DNA from: Lingula anatina
Lineage: Eukaryota > Animalia > Brachiopoda
Reading direction: 5' to 3'
Assembly (NCBI GenBank): GCA_051362555.1
Contig: CM120643.1
Coordinates: forward strand, 20,464,848-20,528,847
DNA: 64,000 nt
Under the pieces are notes generated by a model. It was not told where the DNA came from, did not search any database, and was given only the letters and a program-made list of their open reading frames with translations. Position numbers and translations under genes: made by a program. Of this stretch, positions 52,018 to 64,000 are shown in pieces (positions within the stretch are counted from its first letter, which is position 1; each line of letters begins with the position of its first letter).

Positions 52018-53671
52018 CTGGGGTCGCGCTAGCGCTCGCCAATTTCGTCAAATGCGAAAATTAATTGACTTTGGCGGAAAAATTTGAAAAATGAGCATAG
52101 TAATACTGCCAATTTGGCGAAAGCATAGCTGGTCGAGCCAGGTACCCAAACTTCACATAACTGTTCGTCACAACTTTGAAAACGGCATTAACATGCACCC
52201 GATTATGTTTAGAATACAATCTATTTATAGCAAGGTCAATTTACCATATAAAGAAATTGACCCATGACGCGATGCCGATTTTACAAATAGCGTTGCGCCT
52301 GTGAATAATTAGTTTCTTAAAGCGTGTTCAGCATGTGCTATGAATAATTATGGCGGGTGCTAAAGAAAAACTTTCCGATATAAAGAAGATATCACTCCGA
52401 GAAATTTATTTTTCGTTAAAGTACAGAAGGAAATGACTAACTTTGTTGTGTCGGGGTGTGACAGGTCAAAGGTTTATTTGAAGAAGCCAGTGAGGACCTT
52501 CTCACAGCACAAACTCCCGGAGATGACACGTGAAAATTATGGTATGTACCGTGCAATCTTGTGAAAAGTAATTAAATTTTCAGTCAGTGTATTACATATT
52601 TAAAGGCATATCGGTATATATTGAACTTTTCCTCGTTGACATAACTATAACAAATCGTAACAAGTGATTCCAGTCCCACAACTGAAAAATCAATGCTAGA
52701 AGGGGCCGGTATATTTGTAGTTTTAACTGGCTGAAACTAGTCTGTTGTCTAGACAACAAACTACCTTTCATCACGTAAATGAGAGTAGATTTAACTGAAA
52801 AGTCAATAAACTGGTACCAGCCGAGACTCATGTGAGTTGCATTTGCTGCACTTACTTGGAACTCAGACAAAAATGAATTTTAGGCTAAACGTTGAAGTCA
52901 GAAGTTTTTATTGCCCAAAATTATGTCACTTTTAAGAAGAAAGTATTTTGATCTCAAGCAGAGATGAGATTTTCCGACTATCTGTGGATTTCCGTCTTTT
53001 TTGGGTGGGGCTAAAATAGCATACCCGAGTCAGTGAGATCGATGCAGATCTTAAATAAAAGGGGGGAGGGGGGGCTGACGTATCCACCGACAAGATCTTT
53101 CTTTAGCAATTGGAAATCTCTTTTAAACTTTGCAATACATAAAAATGAATATTGCCCCCTATTTATTTGACACATTTGTTAATGTTTAATACCGTCCCAC
53201 TGTCACTGGCTTACAGTGAACTGTCATTTTTTTGCTTTTCAGTTTCAATTGACCTGTCTGCAGACAAAGTGTCAAGCCATTCAAATGTATTAGTTCAGCA
53301 ACAACAGAAATGACATTAATGCGGACCCACACATTTAATTCAAACGGAATAGGATGGGGTCCAAACCATTTAAGAAACATCAATTTTGAACACTTGCATC
53401 ATTTAGCTTTCGGATGATGTATGTGTAACATGTATATACTGCAAGAGGCTGAACAACTACAAAAGAAGGAAAGATTCATTAGATTTTAAATCTTGTTTGC
53501 ATCAACATTGTAAAAAAATTCATTTAAATGGAATGAATATTGGTTGAAATTCCTTAAATTGTCATTTTTTTTATTTGGCTAAAAGATTTTAAGTTGGCTA
53601 AACATTTTTTGATTTGGCTAAAATTATTCAGAAGTTTGGCTAAAGCAAAAAAAATCCTAGCGCTACCCCAG
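52018..53671. mobile_element. hAT-like non-autonomous element with 5-bp TSD
   Basis: CAATG|CTGGGGTCGCGCTAG ... CTAGCGCTACCCCAG|CAATG; subterminal TTGGC(G/T)AAA repeats at both ends. Confidence 0.75.
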
Positions 53672-53860
53672 CAATGATATTTCATATTGAAGAAGACTAT
53701 ATCTTGAATGGATATGGGCATTTTTACAATCCTGGGCTCCTTTTTTTCCCACCAAGGGTCAAAAATAGAAGTCATTATTGTGTTGAAATTTGTACTTTTC
53801 TTGAAAGTATAGACCTGAAGGGTATAAGAAATGACAATCCCGAGATAAAACCTTGTGTAT

Positions 53861-54074
53861 GGGCATATTCCCAGACATTTAGATCGATCTATCCCCGTGG
53901 GGAGTCTCACTAGATTACTGTCAGATAATCTAGCTTAAATGTCCGTCCCGCCTACTAAAAGCTGAAAGGGGGTAATTAACTTTTGTGCCCGCTCGGGTGA
54001 CAGCTATTTAGCCTGAACCCCCAGGGAGTTAGGTCAATCTAGTTTGGATCGATCTAATCTCTGGAAATGGGGTC
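53861..54074 (+). mobile_element. ~215-bp Harbinger-like MITE
   Basis: Homolog of 44078-44293; TAT on both flanks. Confidence 0.75.
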
Positions 54075-54229
54075 TATGTATAAAGATATGATTATTTGAA
54101 TTTTGAAAATCATTTTTTAAATTTTCATAAGCAAAACCTTGAAATGTGTGACTTTTATGGTAATTTAAGGTATTGATCTCCAAAAAAACACTTAGTTTTA
54201 CTCAGAGAGTATTGCTCTTTTATGTATTT

Positions 54230-54232
<3 letters not shown>

Positions 54233-54276
<44 letters not shown>
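54233..54276 (+). repeat. Poly(A) tract, about 44 nt
   Basis: Directly visible. Confidence 0.9.
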
Positions 54277-54279
<3 letters not shown>

Positions 54280-54359
54280 ATGAAAATATCCAAAATTTGA
54301 CGAATCAATGATATTTTGTAATTTTCCTGTTTTAGTATTAAATGTGACTCCATGAAGTT

Positions 54360-55490
54360 TTTGATTCTGAGATATTCTGAGGACTTCTGTACTTCACTTT
54401 GCCTTGCATTAGTTTTTTATGTTATGCTTCATGATTGTGTAAAATATTATTTTGCATGGACATGTGTGTTAATTGCAGTGTCATGTTAAAATAAATGTCC
54501 TTTCCGAAACATCCTTGTTTCGGAAAGGACATTTTTTAAAAACATTTATGATATTGCTTTAATAAATTGTAGTATTCGCATTTATAAGTTTTAGGTGAAG
54601 TCTATGAATAACTGGGCAAAATAGGTGGAAGCTGAACTAAAATTGAACTGTTTTTATTACACTAAGTGCTCATTTTGTCTATTCTGTAATTCATTACCGA
54701 AATGTTATTTTATTAAATATTGATTCTGAGATATATTCCAGGTATTCTTTACTCCATTATACCTTATTCCAGTTTCTTTTGTTACAGCTCATAGCTGTAT
54801 AAAATATTATTTGACAAGGTCAGATTTACCAACAGTAATGACATGTTTTAAAATATGTCCTTTTAGACATGTCCTTGTTTTGGAATGGACATTTATTTAA
54901 CATTTATGAAATTGCTTTAAGATCTCATAGTATGTTGGTTTACAAGGTACAGGTGAAGCAATCATTGGACAAAATATGAGTAAACTAGATTAAAATTGAA
55001 CATTAATTGGTCAATTTGGATAGTTTTTGATTCATTATTGAAATGTTACTCCATTAAGTATTTGATCATGACATATAAGGGTGCTTTCCCAGAGATTTAG
55101 ATCGATCTAAAGATTAAGTTTTAGATCGACCTAACTCCCTGGAGGTTCAGGCTAAATTGCAGTCAGCCAAGCGGACACCATAGTTAATTACCCCCTTAGA
55201 GCTTTTAGTAGGCGGGACAGACGCTTAAGCCTGCCAAGCTGACAGTAATCTAGTGAGACTCCCCACAGGGATAGATCGATCTAAAAATCTATGGAAATGG
55301 GGTGTAATAGAGTCTTCTACACTCCATTATACCCTATTCTACTTCCTTTTGTTACAGCTCATAGCTGTATAAAATATTATTTGACAAGGTCAGGTTTAAA
55401 TTTAGTAATTACATTTTTAAATATGTCCTTTTAGGCATGTCCTGTGTTTCGGAATGGACATTTATTTAATATTTACGAAATTGCTTAAAT
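54360..55490 (+). repeat. Diverged ~360-bp tandem repeat (about 2.5 units), each unit carrying a hairpin
   Basis: TGATTCTGAGATAT at about 54362 and 54721; hairpin AAATGTCCTTTCCGAAACA-TCCT-TGTTTCGGAAAGGACATTT at 54493-54534 with variants at about 54855 and 55420. Confidence 0.7.
55079..55304 (-). mobile_element. ~225-bp Harbinger-like MITE, inverted copy
   Basis: Reverse-complement homolog of 53861-54074; TAA TSD. Confidence 0.8.
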
Positions 55491-55504
55491 GGTATATATA
55501 TATA

Positions 55505-58500
55505 CACTATAGCTAATAAGTCCCCGGTCACTTTAATAGCACACGCTGTCTACATCAGACGCGCTAATGCGCACGTCCCCGACAGTGTTAATGATAGGGG
55601 GATTACGATGGACAGCGCATGTTGCTCACAGCAGTAGGCACTGCCGCCGAAGTTAAACCGGTAATTAAGTCTTTAACTTGACTAAACATGTTTTGCTTTG
55701 TAACTTGACTCTCGACTTTAAAAGTATTATTGGTTTTGATTTTATCAAAGTCTTATTATATCAGAAAACCTGCATATTTTCATACGTTAAGAGAATTATA
55801 GAAACTGTAGAAAAAGCTACTTGTACATCAGGGATAAAAAACAACACCTTGCAGCACTATTACCTATTATTCATCACCAGAAGTTACTGTTTCACTTTTT
55901 TCTCCCAAATTACAAAGTCTGATGACAACTGAAAGCCTTTAGCCATACCTCAGGGCAGTGGGAGATAGTCTGGATTTGATTAAATGTAATAAAAGTATAT
56001 TTTGAAGAATTTTCCTAGCCTTCGGCAATTACCGCAAAGCTTCGGCATGCACAGCAATACAGAGCTGTCGATATCTGAACTTGTGAACAATAGAATTGGT
56101 GGAACAACGGTTAACGTCGTTGAGTCATCTGCAACCTACGCGACTGGAGTTCGTGTCCCTGTCGGTACTTTTGAAGATTTTGAAATTGTCATTATTATAA
56201 ATATCTATTAATATATAAAACAGTCGTGGCTAATTGTTTTTGCAACGGAAAGCACAGTAGGAAGGTTTGTTGTTATTGTTAAAGTTATTATTACTGGGGA
56301 CATAAATTAGTATGCTAATCTCTTATCATGGTATAATGATTGATACGATGGGTATCAAATAGTTTTCCTTTGATATAAACAACAAAAGAGCGGCCTTCCA
56401 AATATCTTTGCTGAATGTTTATAACGTAGGTACTATTATGCGCAAAAATATTGATACATGACGCAAACGACATTTACTTATTTTGGTAATATCAATTTTA
56501 ATTAAAATTAAATTTAATTGAAATTAAAATTAAAATTTGTCTAAACGTGCATATTACCATTCACCTTGTTTAAAGGGTTCGCAACACTTTACATTCTAAT
56601 ACATTTTGCCAATTTTCATGTTTGCTAGTTTATTTTGATTTGAGAGAAAGCGAGAGAAGACCCTCTACTAGGGCCGCAAATTAATTATGAGTATTTTTCT
56701 TCAGTGCAAGAGACTGTGTAATGAAAAATCAATCTGTAACTCTGGTATAGGGTGGCCTTGTGTGTGTAATAATATACAAGTAGGGGCAGGGGTACAGTTT
56801 TATAGTACAAATAGTCATTTTATACATCTTATTGATCTCATCGTCGGGTCATTGTTTACAATAGCGCTTTGTCGCTGTGCGTACCTTTTTGCATTTGAGT
56901 TAGACCCAGTCAGTAACAGCTGGTGATTTTGTCTTTTTTGCGTTTCATTGACAATATTTTGGCCACCTAAGTAGGGAAATGTGGCTCTTTGTTTTGAAAT
57001 GACATTTCCATTGTTCCTTTGAACATGCAAAAGTCAACACACTTACGTCAACATACTTACTTTGTAATACCAACCCAGGGGAAGAAACAAAAGCCTCATA
57101 AGGTGTCGTCATTCACACTGTAAAAGGTGTTAATATCATGCTTCTATTGTTTGCCCATGAACCATTATGACAAATTTGTAGGGTTGCCAGATCACTGGCG
57201 CTTCATTCAATTCTCTATATCTGCCCTGCAGCCTGGGATGAGTGATACTTGACTGACCTAATGATAATGTTACATCTGGAGATTTTCTTTATAATTCGAT
57301 CAGTGTGCATAAATTATGATATTTTCCATCAGGAAAAATATGTGATAATGTTACGATTCTTATTTTACGGATACATAATTACAAAAATTAATTCCTGATT
57401 TAATACCCCCTATTTCAGCGCCTATTCCTGGCTGCGTTAATTATGGGAGGGTTGGAAAGTAATCCGTTAGAACGCAGGAGTGATGATTGCTACTCTTACC
57501 AACGGTGCATCACCGATCAACTAATCTCAGCCACCTGAAGCAGAATCACCAACAAAAGACAAATTAGACTACATCTGCCTTCTTGTTGAGACATCTTATG
57601 TAAAAAAGGCGATAACGGTCAAAACATACGTGCTTCGTGGTTTATTAAATGTTCATCGTATTTTTTCGTTCGTTATTCTTATGAGTTAAGCAGCTTCACC
57701 TCCGTGACACCCTTTTTATTTATTTAAACCACTGTAAGATAAACCATGGGTTTCACTCCAGATTTCACGATCGAGCAGCTGATCATGAGGAGAGTGTAGC
57801 ATGCTATAGTTAACTACCCCAAATATATATACAACACCTCCAGGGTTTCACGATCGAGCAAGTGATCATGAGGAGAGAGTGTAGCAGAGAACTTCATTAA
57901 TGGTCGTCATAATTGGTGGTTGCCTTGGGAAAATGAGTTACATGATTACATAATACAGATACATAATAACATAAGATTAATACTAAAATTTTCCCTGATA
58001 CAAAAACCCCTATTTGAGCGCTTATTCCTGACTGCGTTAATTACGGGTGATTAGAAAGTAATCTATGAGGACGCAGGAGCGATGATCGCTACTCTTACCA
58101 ACGGTAAATCACCGATTTACTTGACTCCGCTACTTCGAGCAAAATCACACACCACCAAAAGACAAATTAGACCACGTTCGTCCTCTTATTAAAACAAAGA
58201 ATGTAAAAATGTGATGTCGGTCAAAGAAGAGGCCTAGACTACGTGCTTCATGGTTTATTAGATAGGCCTATTCATTGGATTTTTTTATTCCATTATCATA
58301 GCTTCACCTCGCGAGACCCTTTTTTATATATTTAAAACACAGCACCCCACTGGTTTCGCGATCATGAAGAAAGGGAGTGTAGCAAAGAACCTCATTAATG
58401 GTCGTAATAATAGGTGGTTGCATTGTAGGCCTAACCTTGTTCATTTTAGTCGACAGACTAAGCTAGAAGAAAGAAAAGATCATTATCGCCTCTCTTTACT

Positions 58501-59585
58501 TAGGAACAATAAGGATGGCTAGTGGCAGCATTTATAAGTTCTTTTATTTAGAAACTTTCCGATCCTTTGTCTGGGACTGCGTCCGAGAAACGGCGATAAC
58601 GACAGAGACGTCCTCGAACATTTTGGACTCAGTGCAAATAAAAAAAAAATCCGTTAAGAAGTAGCCTTTAAATGTCCTGGCAAATAATTTTGCGATGGCT
58701 CAGAGAGTTCTAGAATGAATGACAAGCAACGACATTAGGGTTAATAATAGACTAAAAACTATCAGAGTGTAGGCCTGTCTTACTTCATTTCTAAGGCCAT
58801 CTTGTGATACGAGTCATGCAACACTACAAAAGAGGGGGTAGCAGTGGATGATTTAATACAGGGATACCATCGATAGTATATCAATAGAAAATCGCAATCC
58901 TCAAATGTTTTTTAATTCATTAAATATAAACGGTCTTTTCTCGTACAATGGGTCTGGTATAGTTGTATTGGCCTATCAGTTGGAAACATGTGGTTCGTCT
59001 ACAATTGCAAATGGCGGAGGTGCCGTGGTAGTTATTGTCGTAAAATTAGCTGGATACGGTGCACGTGAGAAAATTATTCATTAAATTTAGTTTTCGAGCG
59101 TCAGCTTAATCTGGTAAAATGCGAGACGAAAAAAATGATAGATAGAGCCTTATGACCCACTGTAGAATGATGCCGAATAATACATCAACGACGTAGTTTA
59201 TCGGCAGATAAACGTGTTTCCATTCTCGGCTGACTGAGGAAAGGTTTGAGAGAGCATTTAAAGAAGAGGCGGTCGAACCAATAGTGAGTAGGAAGTGTGC
59301 TGCAATCAAGACGAACAATACCGATCATAAGTGGACAGCTAATAACCCCTAATTAACCCCGGGTTACGCGCTGCTGTGTTGACTCCTTGCTGGGAAGGGG
59401 TAGCGGCCTCCTACTGCTGTGCGTAATCAAACATTGTCTTCTAACATGCGGCTACACGACGGTTGCATTGTATTAATAAAGTAATACCTATTCATAAGGA
59501 AGGGGGCGGATGGTAATCTTACGAGAATTAAATCAGTTATCGATCATACGCGTACCAATAGTCGTGTTTTTTTTTAGCTATACGG
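55505..59585 (+). mobile_element. 4.1-kb non-coding TA-inserting element, copy C, in a (TA)n tract
   Basis: (TA)n|CACTATAGCTAATAAG ... TTTAGCTATACGG|(TA)n; private ~65-bp deletion near 55707. Confidence 0.9.
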
Positions 59586-60348
59586 TATATATATATATAT
59601 ATATATATATCATGATGTATGTGTATATTATAAATAATCACAGGAAGTTAATTATAACCTGTGTCTGTCTGCAAGCGCCTCTGTAAACCGTGCCAGCGAC
59701 TCTCGCAACATTAACACGTGTAGCCTCATAACTATTTTCGTATACTTTTATGTACATCATAAGCAAGCAATATTTAAAGTAAGGTAAGCTATATTATTCA
59801 AAACTATATTTTACATAAATTTGATGCACTTCCCAACATCCTCTCCCTCATGAATAATAAATAGATGAGCAGACCAAAGAGTAAACAAGTGTTTTAGACA
59901 ATGTGTTAAAAAATGTCCTTTCCGATACAAAGCATCCAAATTGCCTATATTTCTATTTATATTGGTATAATCTCTTTAATTAAATGTTAATTTAACTTTG
60001 AAATACATGAACTTTGGGAAAATATGCAATGGAAGTTCTAGTAGATCCAAAGAAAAGATGCTGACTCGCAAAAATGAATTTTCTTATTGAGGATATATAT
60101 AGAAATTTAAAAAGATGCCACTGAAGAAATGTTTTTCTATTATTTTTATGTCATATGCATGATGCTCTAACAGTAATTTGCTCATGTCAAGTGAAACATA
60201 CAGCATTTAAGACAGAATTCTCTCTATTTATAGCATTGGCAATGTAAAGGTACTTTGCTTCGGAATGGACAATTTTTAACGAGTATCATAGAGGTGATTT
60301 CATGGCCAAATTTAATTTCAGAAAATCCCTATTTTAGTTCAAGTTATA

Positions 60349-60871
60349 TGTAATTAAATTATATGTCTTAAAATTATATTAAGTGAATATTTAAGTAAAT
60401 TACATTAAACTTCTACACAAATCAAGTCAGATGTCAGTGTATAATAAATGTATTTAGATGTCCAAGTTAAAATTACATTAAAGTTCTGCAGGATGTTTTC
60501 AGGACTGAATAACTTCATTTATGGCTTCATCTTCTATTTAAAGTTTAAATCAGCCTTGGTCTAATTGTGTTAAAGGTCTCCTGCAGTATGTCTTAATTCT
60601 GTTAACTGGCTTCAATATCTCTGACTTGTTAAGGAATCACTGTAATGTAATTGGCCTTATGTATTAGTATATAAGGAGAAGAATTTGCAATATACTGTCA
60701 TTAGAGTCTTGTGTCTTCACATGAAGTAGCCAGAAGTAGTGTAGAGTAGAACATATAGTCAGCAGATAGAAGTGGACCAGTGACCCCAATAAATGGATTG
60801 TACAGAATAAAGGTAGAGATCACACAGATTGTAGTGAGTCTCTAGAAACGTAACAACGGCTTGGTGTTACA
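60349..60871 (+). repeat. 5' LTR of the Ty3/Gypsy element (3' edge firm, 5' edge tentative)
   Basis: TGTAA...TTACA termini; TATATAA at about 60668; AATAAA at about 60788 and 60806; directly followed by the PBS. Confidence 0.65.
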
Positions 60872-60879
60872 TGGTGGAG
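60872..60879 (+). promoter_or_regulatory. Primer binding site, likely tRNA-Ala
   Basis: TGGTGGAG right after the LTR-terminal CA, complementary to the CUCCACCA 3' end of tRNA-Ala. Confidence 0.65.
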
Positions 60880-60908
60880 CCTGAAGATCCCCAAGTACCT
60901 CTCGCTAG

Positions 60909-62090
60909 ATGTCAAGTGTACCAGAAAACAACATAATCAGCCAGCTACGAAATAGAAACATCATGAATCAACAAGAGCAAGTACACCCAGGAGCTGATCC
61001 CCAACTGCAAGAAGCAAGAGTAAGAGCACAACCAGAAATTCAACTAGGAGTCCCTCTACAACTATTTACGGGAAAAGAAGATCCTGCACGATGGATATCA
61101 CGCTATAACAAACTTTGTACAGCTAAACAATGGAATGAGCAAGAAAAGGTGCATCATTTTCCTCTCTATTTAGATGGAGTAGCAGAGGAGTGGCATGAAC
61201 AATTGTCACAGGACATTCAAGATAACTATGAACAGTTACAGAGAGCATTCCAGTCAAGATTCTCTCCTCATCCTCACGCTTATGACAAAATTGCAGCATT
61301 ACAGAACATGGTACAGGCATCTCATGAAAAAGTTTTGGACTTTATAACAAGGAAAAGAACTTTAGCCAACCAAGCAGGCATACCAGAAGATCAGATGTCA
61401 CAATATATCATTCCATCATTGCTCCCAGAAATCAAGAAATTTGTCATTCAAAAACAGACAAACTCCCTACAAGAACTAGAAGAGGCAGCGGCATTAGCTG
61501 AAGCAGCAATAATGTCCACAAACCTGAATGACAAGAAAGTGGATCAGGAAACAATAGGAGAAATTTACTCCAGCCAAGCCCAGCAGTTCAGTCAACAACC
61601 ACAACAGATCAGTCAACAACCTCAGCAGTTAAGTCAACAACCACAACCTTTCAGTCAACCGCTGCAGCAGTTTAGTTACCCACCACAGCAGTATATTTAC
61701 CCAGCACTGCAGTTTATTCAACCAGCCCAGCCATTCGGTTACCCAGCCCAGCAGTTCACCTACCCAGCCCAACAATTTATTCACCCAGCCCAGCAGTTCA
61801 GCTACCCAGCCCAGCAGACCACTCAACCAGCACAACTAGAATCTACCGGCAGGACCCAAATGCAATATAATAAACCAGCAAGATATCAACAGACTCAGCA
61901 ACCTCATCAACAGTACAACCAGTCCAGGCAAAGAAACAATGGACAACGCAGCAACAAACCGGACTATTGCAGAAACTGTGGTAAGTGGGAACCACTAGCT
62001 CAACACAAATGTCCAGCAAAAGGTCAATTTTGTCACAAATGTCACAAAGCAAATCATTTTGCTAGAGTGTGTTTAAGTAAACAACATTAG
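60909..62090 (+). CDS. gag: Gag of Ty3/Gypsy retrotransposon (capsid-like region, Q-rich repeats, zinc knuckles)
   Basis: FTGKEDPARW...LDGVAEEW...FQSRF; C-terminal CRNCG..HKC and CHKCHKANHFARVC. Confidence 0.93.
   Translation: MSSVPENNIISQLRNRNIMNQQEQVHPGADPQLQEARVRAQPEIQLGVPLQLFTGKEDPARWISRYNKLCTAKQWNEQEKVHHFPLYLDGVAEEWHEQLSQDIQDNYEQLQRAFQSRFSPHPHAYDKIAALQNMVQASHEKVLDFITRKRTLANQAGIPEDQMSQYIIPSLLPEIKKFVIQKQTNSLQELEEAAALAEAAIMSTNLNDKKVDQETIGEIYSSQAQQFSQQPQQISQQPQQLSQQPQPFSQPLQQFSYPPQQYIYPALQFIQPAQPFGYPAQQFTYPAQQFIHPAQQFSYPAQQTTQPAQLESTGRTQMQYNKPARYQQTQQPHQQYNQSRQRNNGQRSNKPDYCRNCGKWEPLAQHKCPAKGQFCHKCHKANHFARVCLSKQH
61581..61832 (+). repeat. 21-bp coding tandem repeat x12 (QQFSYPA-like heptads)
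   Basis: CAGCAGTTCAGYYAMCCAGCC-like units visible in DNA and protein. Confidence 0.9.
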
Positions 62091-64000
62091 GGGTACGTGC
62101 ACAGCAATAAACAATCAGTCAATTCAAACAAAATTTTGGAACAACCTCAAATAGACATTTCAGCCTTGTTAAAAGGTAATCCATTGGAACACAACTTGGT
62201 AGAAATTAGTGTAGGTAAACTTCAATTCAATGCTCTTGTAGACACAGGTGCTTCTGTATCATGCATTTCTAAAAATCTAGTATCTAAACTGTGTCCCGAT
62301 GTCAGTTATCAACCTTCATTTCTGAAAACTGTAAGAGGTGTAGGCGGTGAAAATCACCCAATCTTTGGTTGCATCATGCTGTCTTTTTCCATTGATAATA
62401 CCACCTTTCATCACAAATTTCATGTCCTTGAACGTCTACCAAGGAATGTCATCTTAGGTATTGATTTCCTACAGAATAATTCAGCATGTATGGACTTCAG
62501 TTCTAAAACCCTCACTTTCAAGGACAGCATAACAATTCCTACTCACCAACAACAACATTTTGGAATGGCCAGACCTGTTTCAGATACTACCATACCTCCC
62601 CAATCTGAAAGCTTAGTTCCCCTCAAAATATCAAGACACAAGAATGCAAAGTGTAAAACGTTCTTATTAGAACCAGCAGGGAATAAGTATTTCACTTCAA
62701 GGTGTGTTGTCAGTATGAATAATGGCAAGGTTTTGTGCAGGGTATATAATCCAACAAATAAAACAATCAAAATATCCAAAAGGGAAGTGTTAGCAAAAGG
62801 ATACCACATAGATGAAGACAGTGTTTCAGCTTTACAAGAGAAAACGGAAGTCCATAAAGAGATGGGTGCTCCAACTTGCAATGAAAAAGAAAAGAAACAG
62901 TCAGATGAAATAGCTATTGTGGATACATGTATCATGCAAACAATCCAGAATGATGAAGGTCTTTCAAAACAGAGAGTTAAGTGGGGTGAAGACAAAGTGA
63001 AAATAGCAGAAAGCATAGGCATAGATTTACAAAATGCAGATTTAACTGAAGATCAAAAATACCAATTATCAGACCTCATAGGTAAATACTGCTCTGTTTT
63101 TGCCACGGACCTCGCGGAATTGGGTAAAGCAAATGTAGCCCCTCACAAAATAGAGACAGGAAACGCACCACCACAGAGACAAAGATTCTATAGACAAACA
63201 CCAGAAAAGAGACAAGAGACCCTCAAACAAACACAACAGTTGCTGGACAATGACATCATAGAACCTTCTACCTCTCAGTGGGCTGCACCAGTGGTTTTAG
63301 TGCAAAAGAAAGATGGAACGTATAGATTTGCAGTGGACTACAGAAGACTAAACAGTGTGACAGAACCAATAAACTGGCCACTGCCACGGTTAGAAGACAT
63401 CCACGAGACCGTAGGAGAAGCAAAAGCTAAGTTCTATTCTTCACTTGATATGGCCTCTGGATACTGGCAGATACCCTTGGACCCACTGACCAAAGAGAAA
63501 ACATCCTTCGTCACTCACAATGGCCAATACCAATTCAAACGCTTACCTTTCGGCCTTCGGAATTCGGGTACAACCTATCAACAGATCATGTCACAAATAT
63601 TGCAGGATTTAAATTGGAAAATTGCACTTGCCAACATTGATGATATTTTAGTTTTCAGCCAGACATTTGACCAACATTTGCACCATTTAGAACTTGTCTT
63701 CCAAAAGCTTCAAGCAACAAATCTAACTCTTAAACCTGCAAAATGCAAATTTGCCTCCAAGAAAATACACTTTTTAGGCCATGTTTTATCAAAAGAAGGA
63801 ATACAAGTGGACCAACAAAAAATCGAGGCAGTTAAGTCTTTTTCAACCCCCAAAACAGTCTCACAGGTACGCAGTTTCTTAGGACTCACCAACTATTACC
63901 GAAAATTTGTCAAAGACTATGCTAAAATTGCAACACCTCTGCACGTTTTAACCCGAAAAGACCAAAAGTTTGAATGGACAAGTGAGTGTGAGAAGGCATT
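62091..64000 (+). CDS. pol: Pol (aspartic protease + reverse transcriptase), in frame with gag, running off the window
   Basis: ALVDTGAS (62241), ILGIDFL, RFAVDYRRLN, SSLDMASGYWQI, RLPFGL, ANIDDILVF, FLGH, FLGLTNYYRKFV; the frame was checked at DTG and NIDD. Confidence 0.93.

Noticed and set aside
62543-63022. 159-aa minus-strand ORF and other antisense ORFs over gag/pol
   Set aside because: Shadow ORFs of the sense coding sequence with no motifs
60349-64000. Functional link between the Gypsy element and the neighbouring VPS4 copies
   Set aside because: Adjacency in a transposon-saturated region is expected by chance; nothing in the sequence ties them together

Overview
AT-rich eukaryotic genomic DNA. 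Spliceosomal GT-AG introns and the repeat types suggest an invertebrate animal, possibly a mollusc-like lophotrochozoan (inference). The only recognisable host gene is VPS4 (MIT + AAA+ ATPase) on the minus strand, present twice. One copy has six in-phase exons (43654 to 16558) with substitutions in Walker B and pore loop 2. The other is an upstream partial duplicate with three exons (51494 to about 50518). The intron that is 317 bp in the duplicate is about 25.4 kb in the main copy, filled by nested insertions: L1/Tx1-like LINE > Helentron-type HINE > Harbinger-like element > TIR element > a 4.1-kb non-coding element, plus a Kolobok relic with KolX and THAP genes. The 4.1-kb element occurs in three near-identical copies, two forming an 11-kb inverted repeat. 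The right end holds a young Ty3/Gypsy LTR retrotransposon whose gag and pol are in the same frame, separated by one UAG (readthrough candidate). Most short ORFs in the supplied track are spurious. Coordinates were read by eye; exon numbers follow vertebrate VPS4 by analogy.
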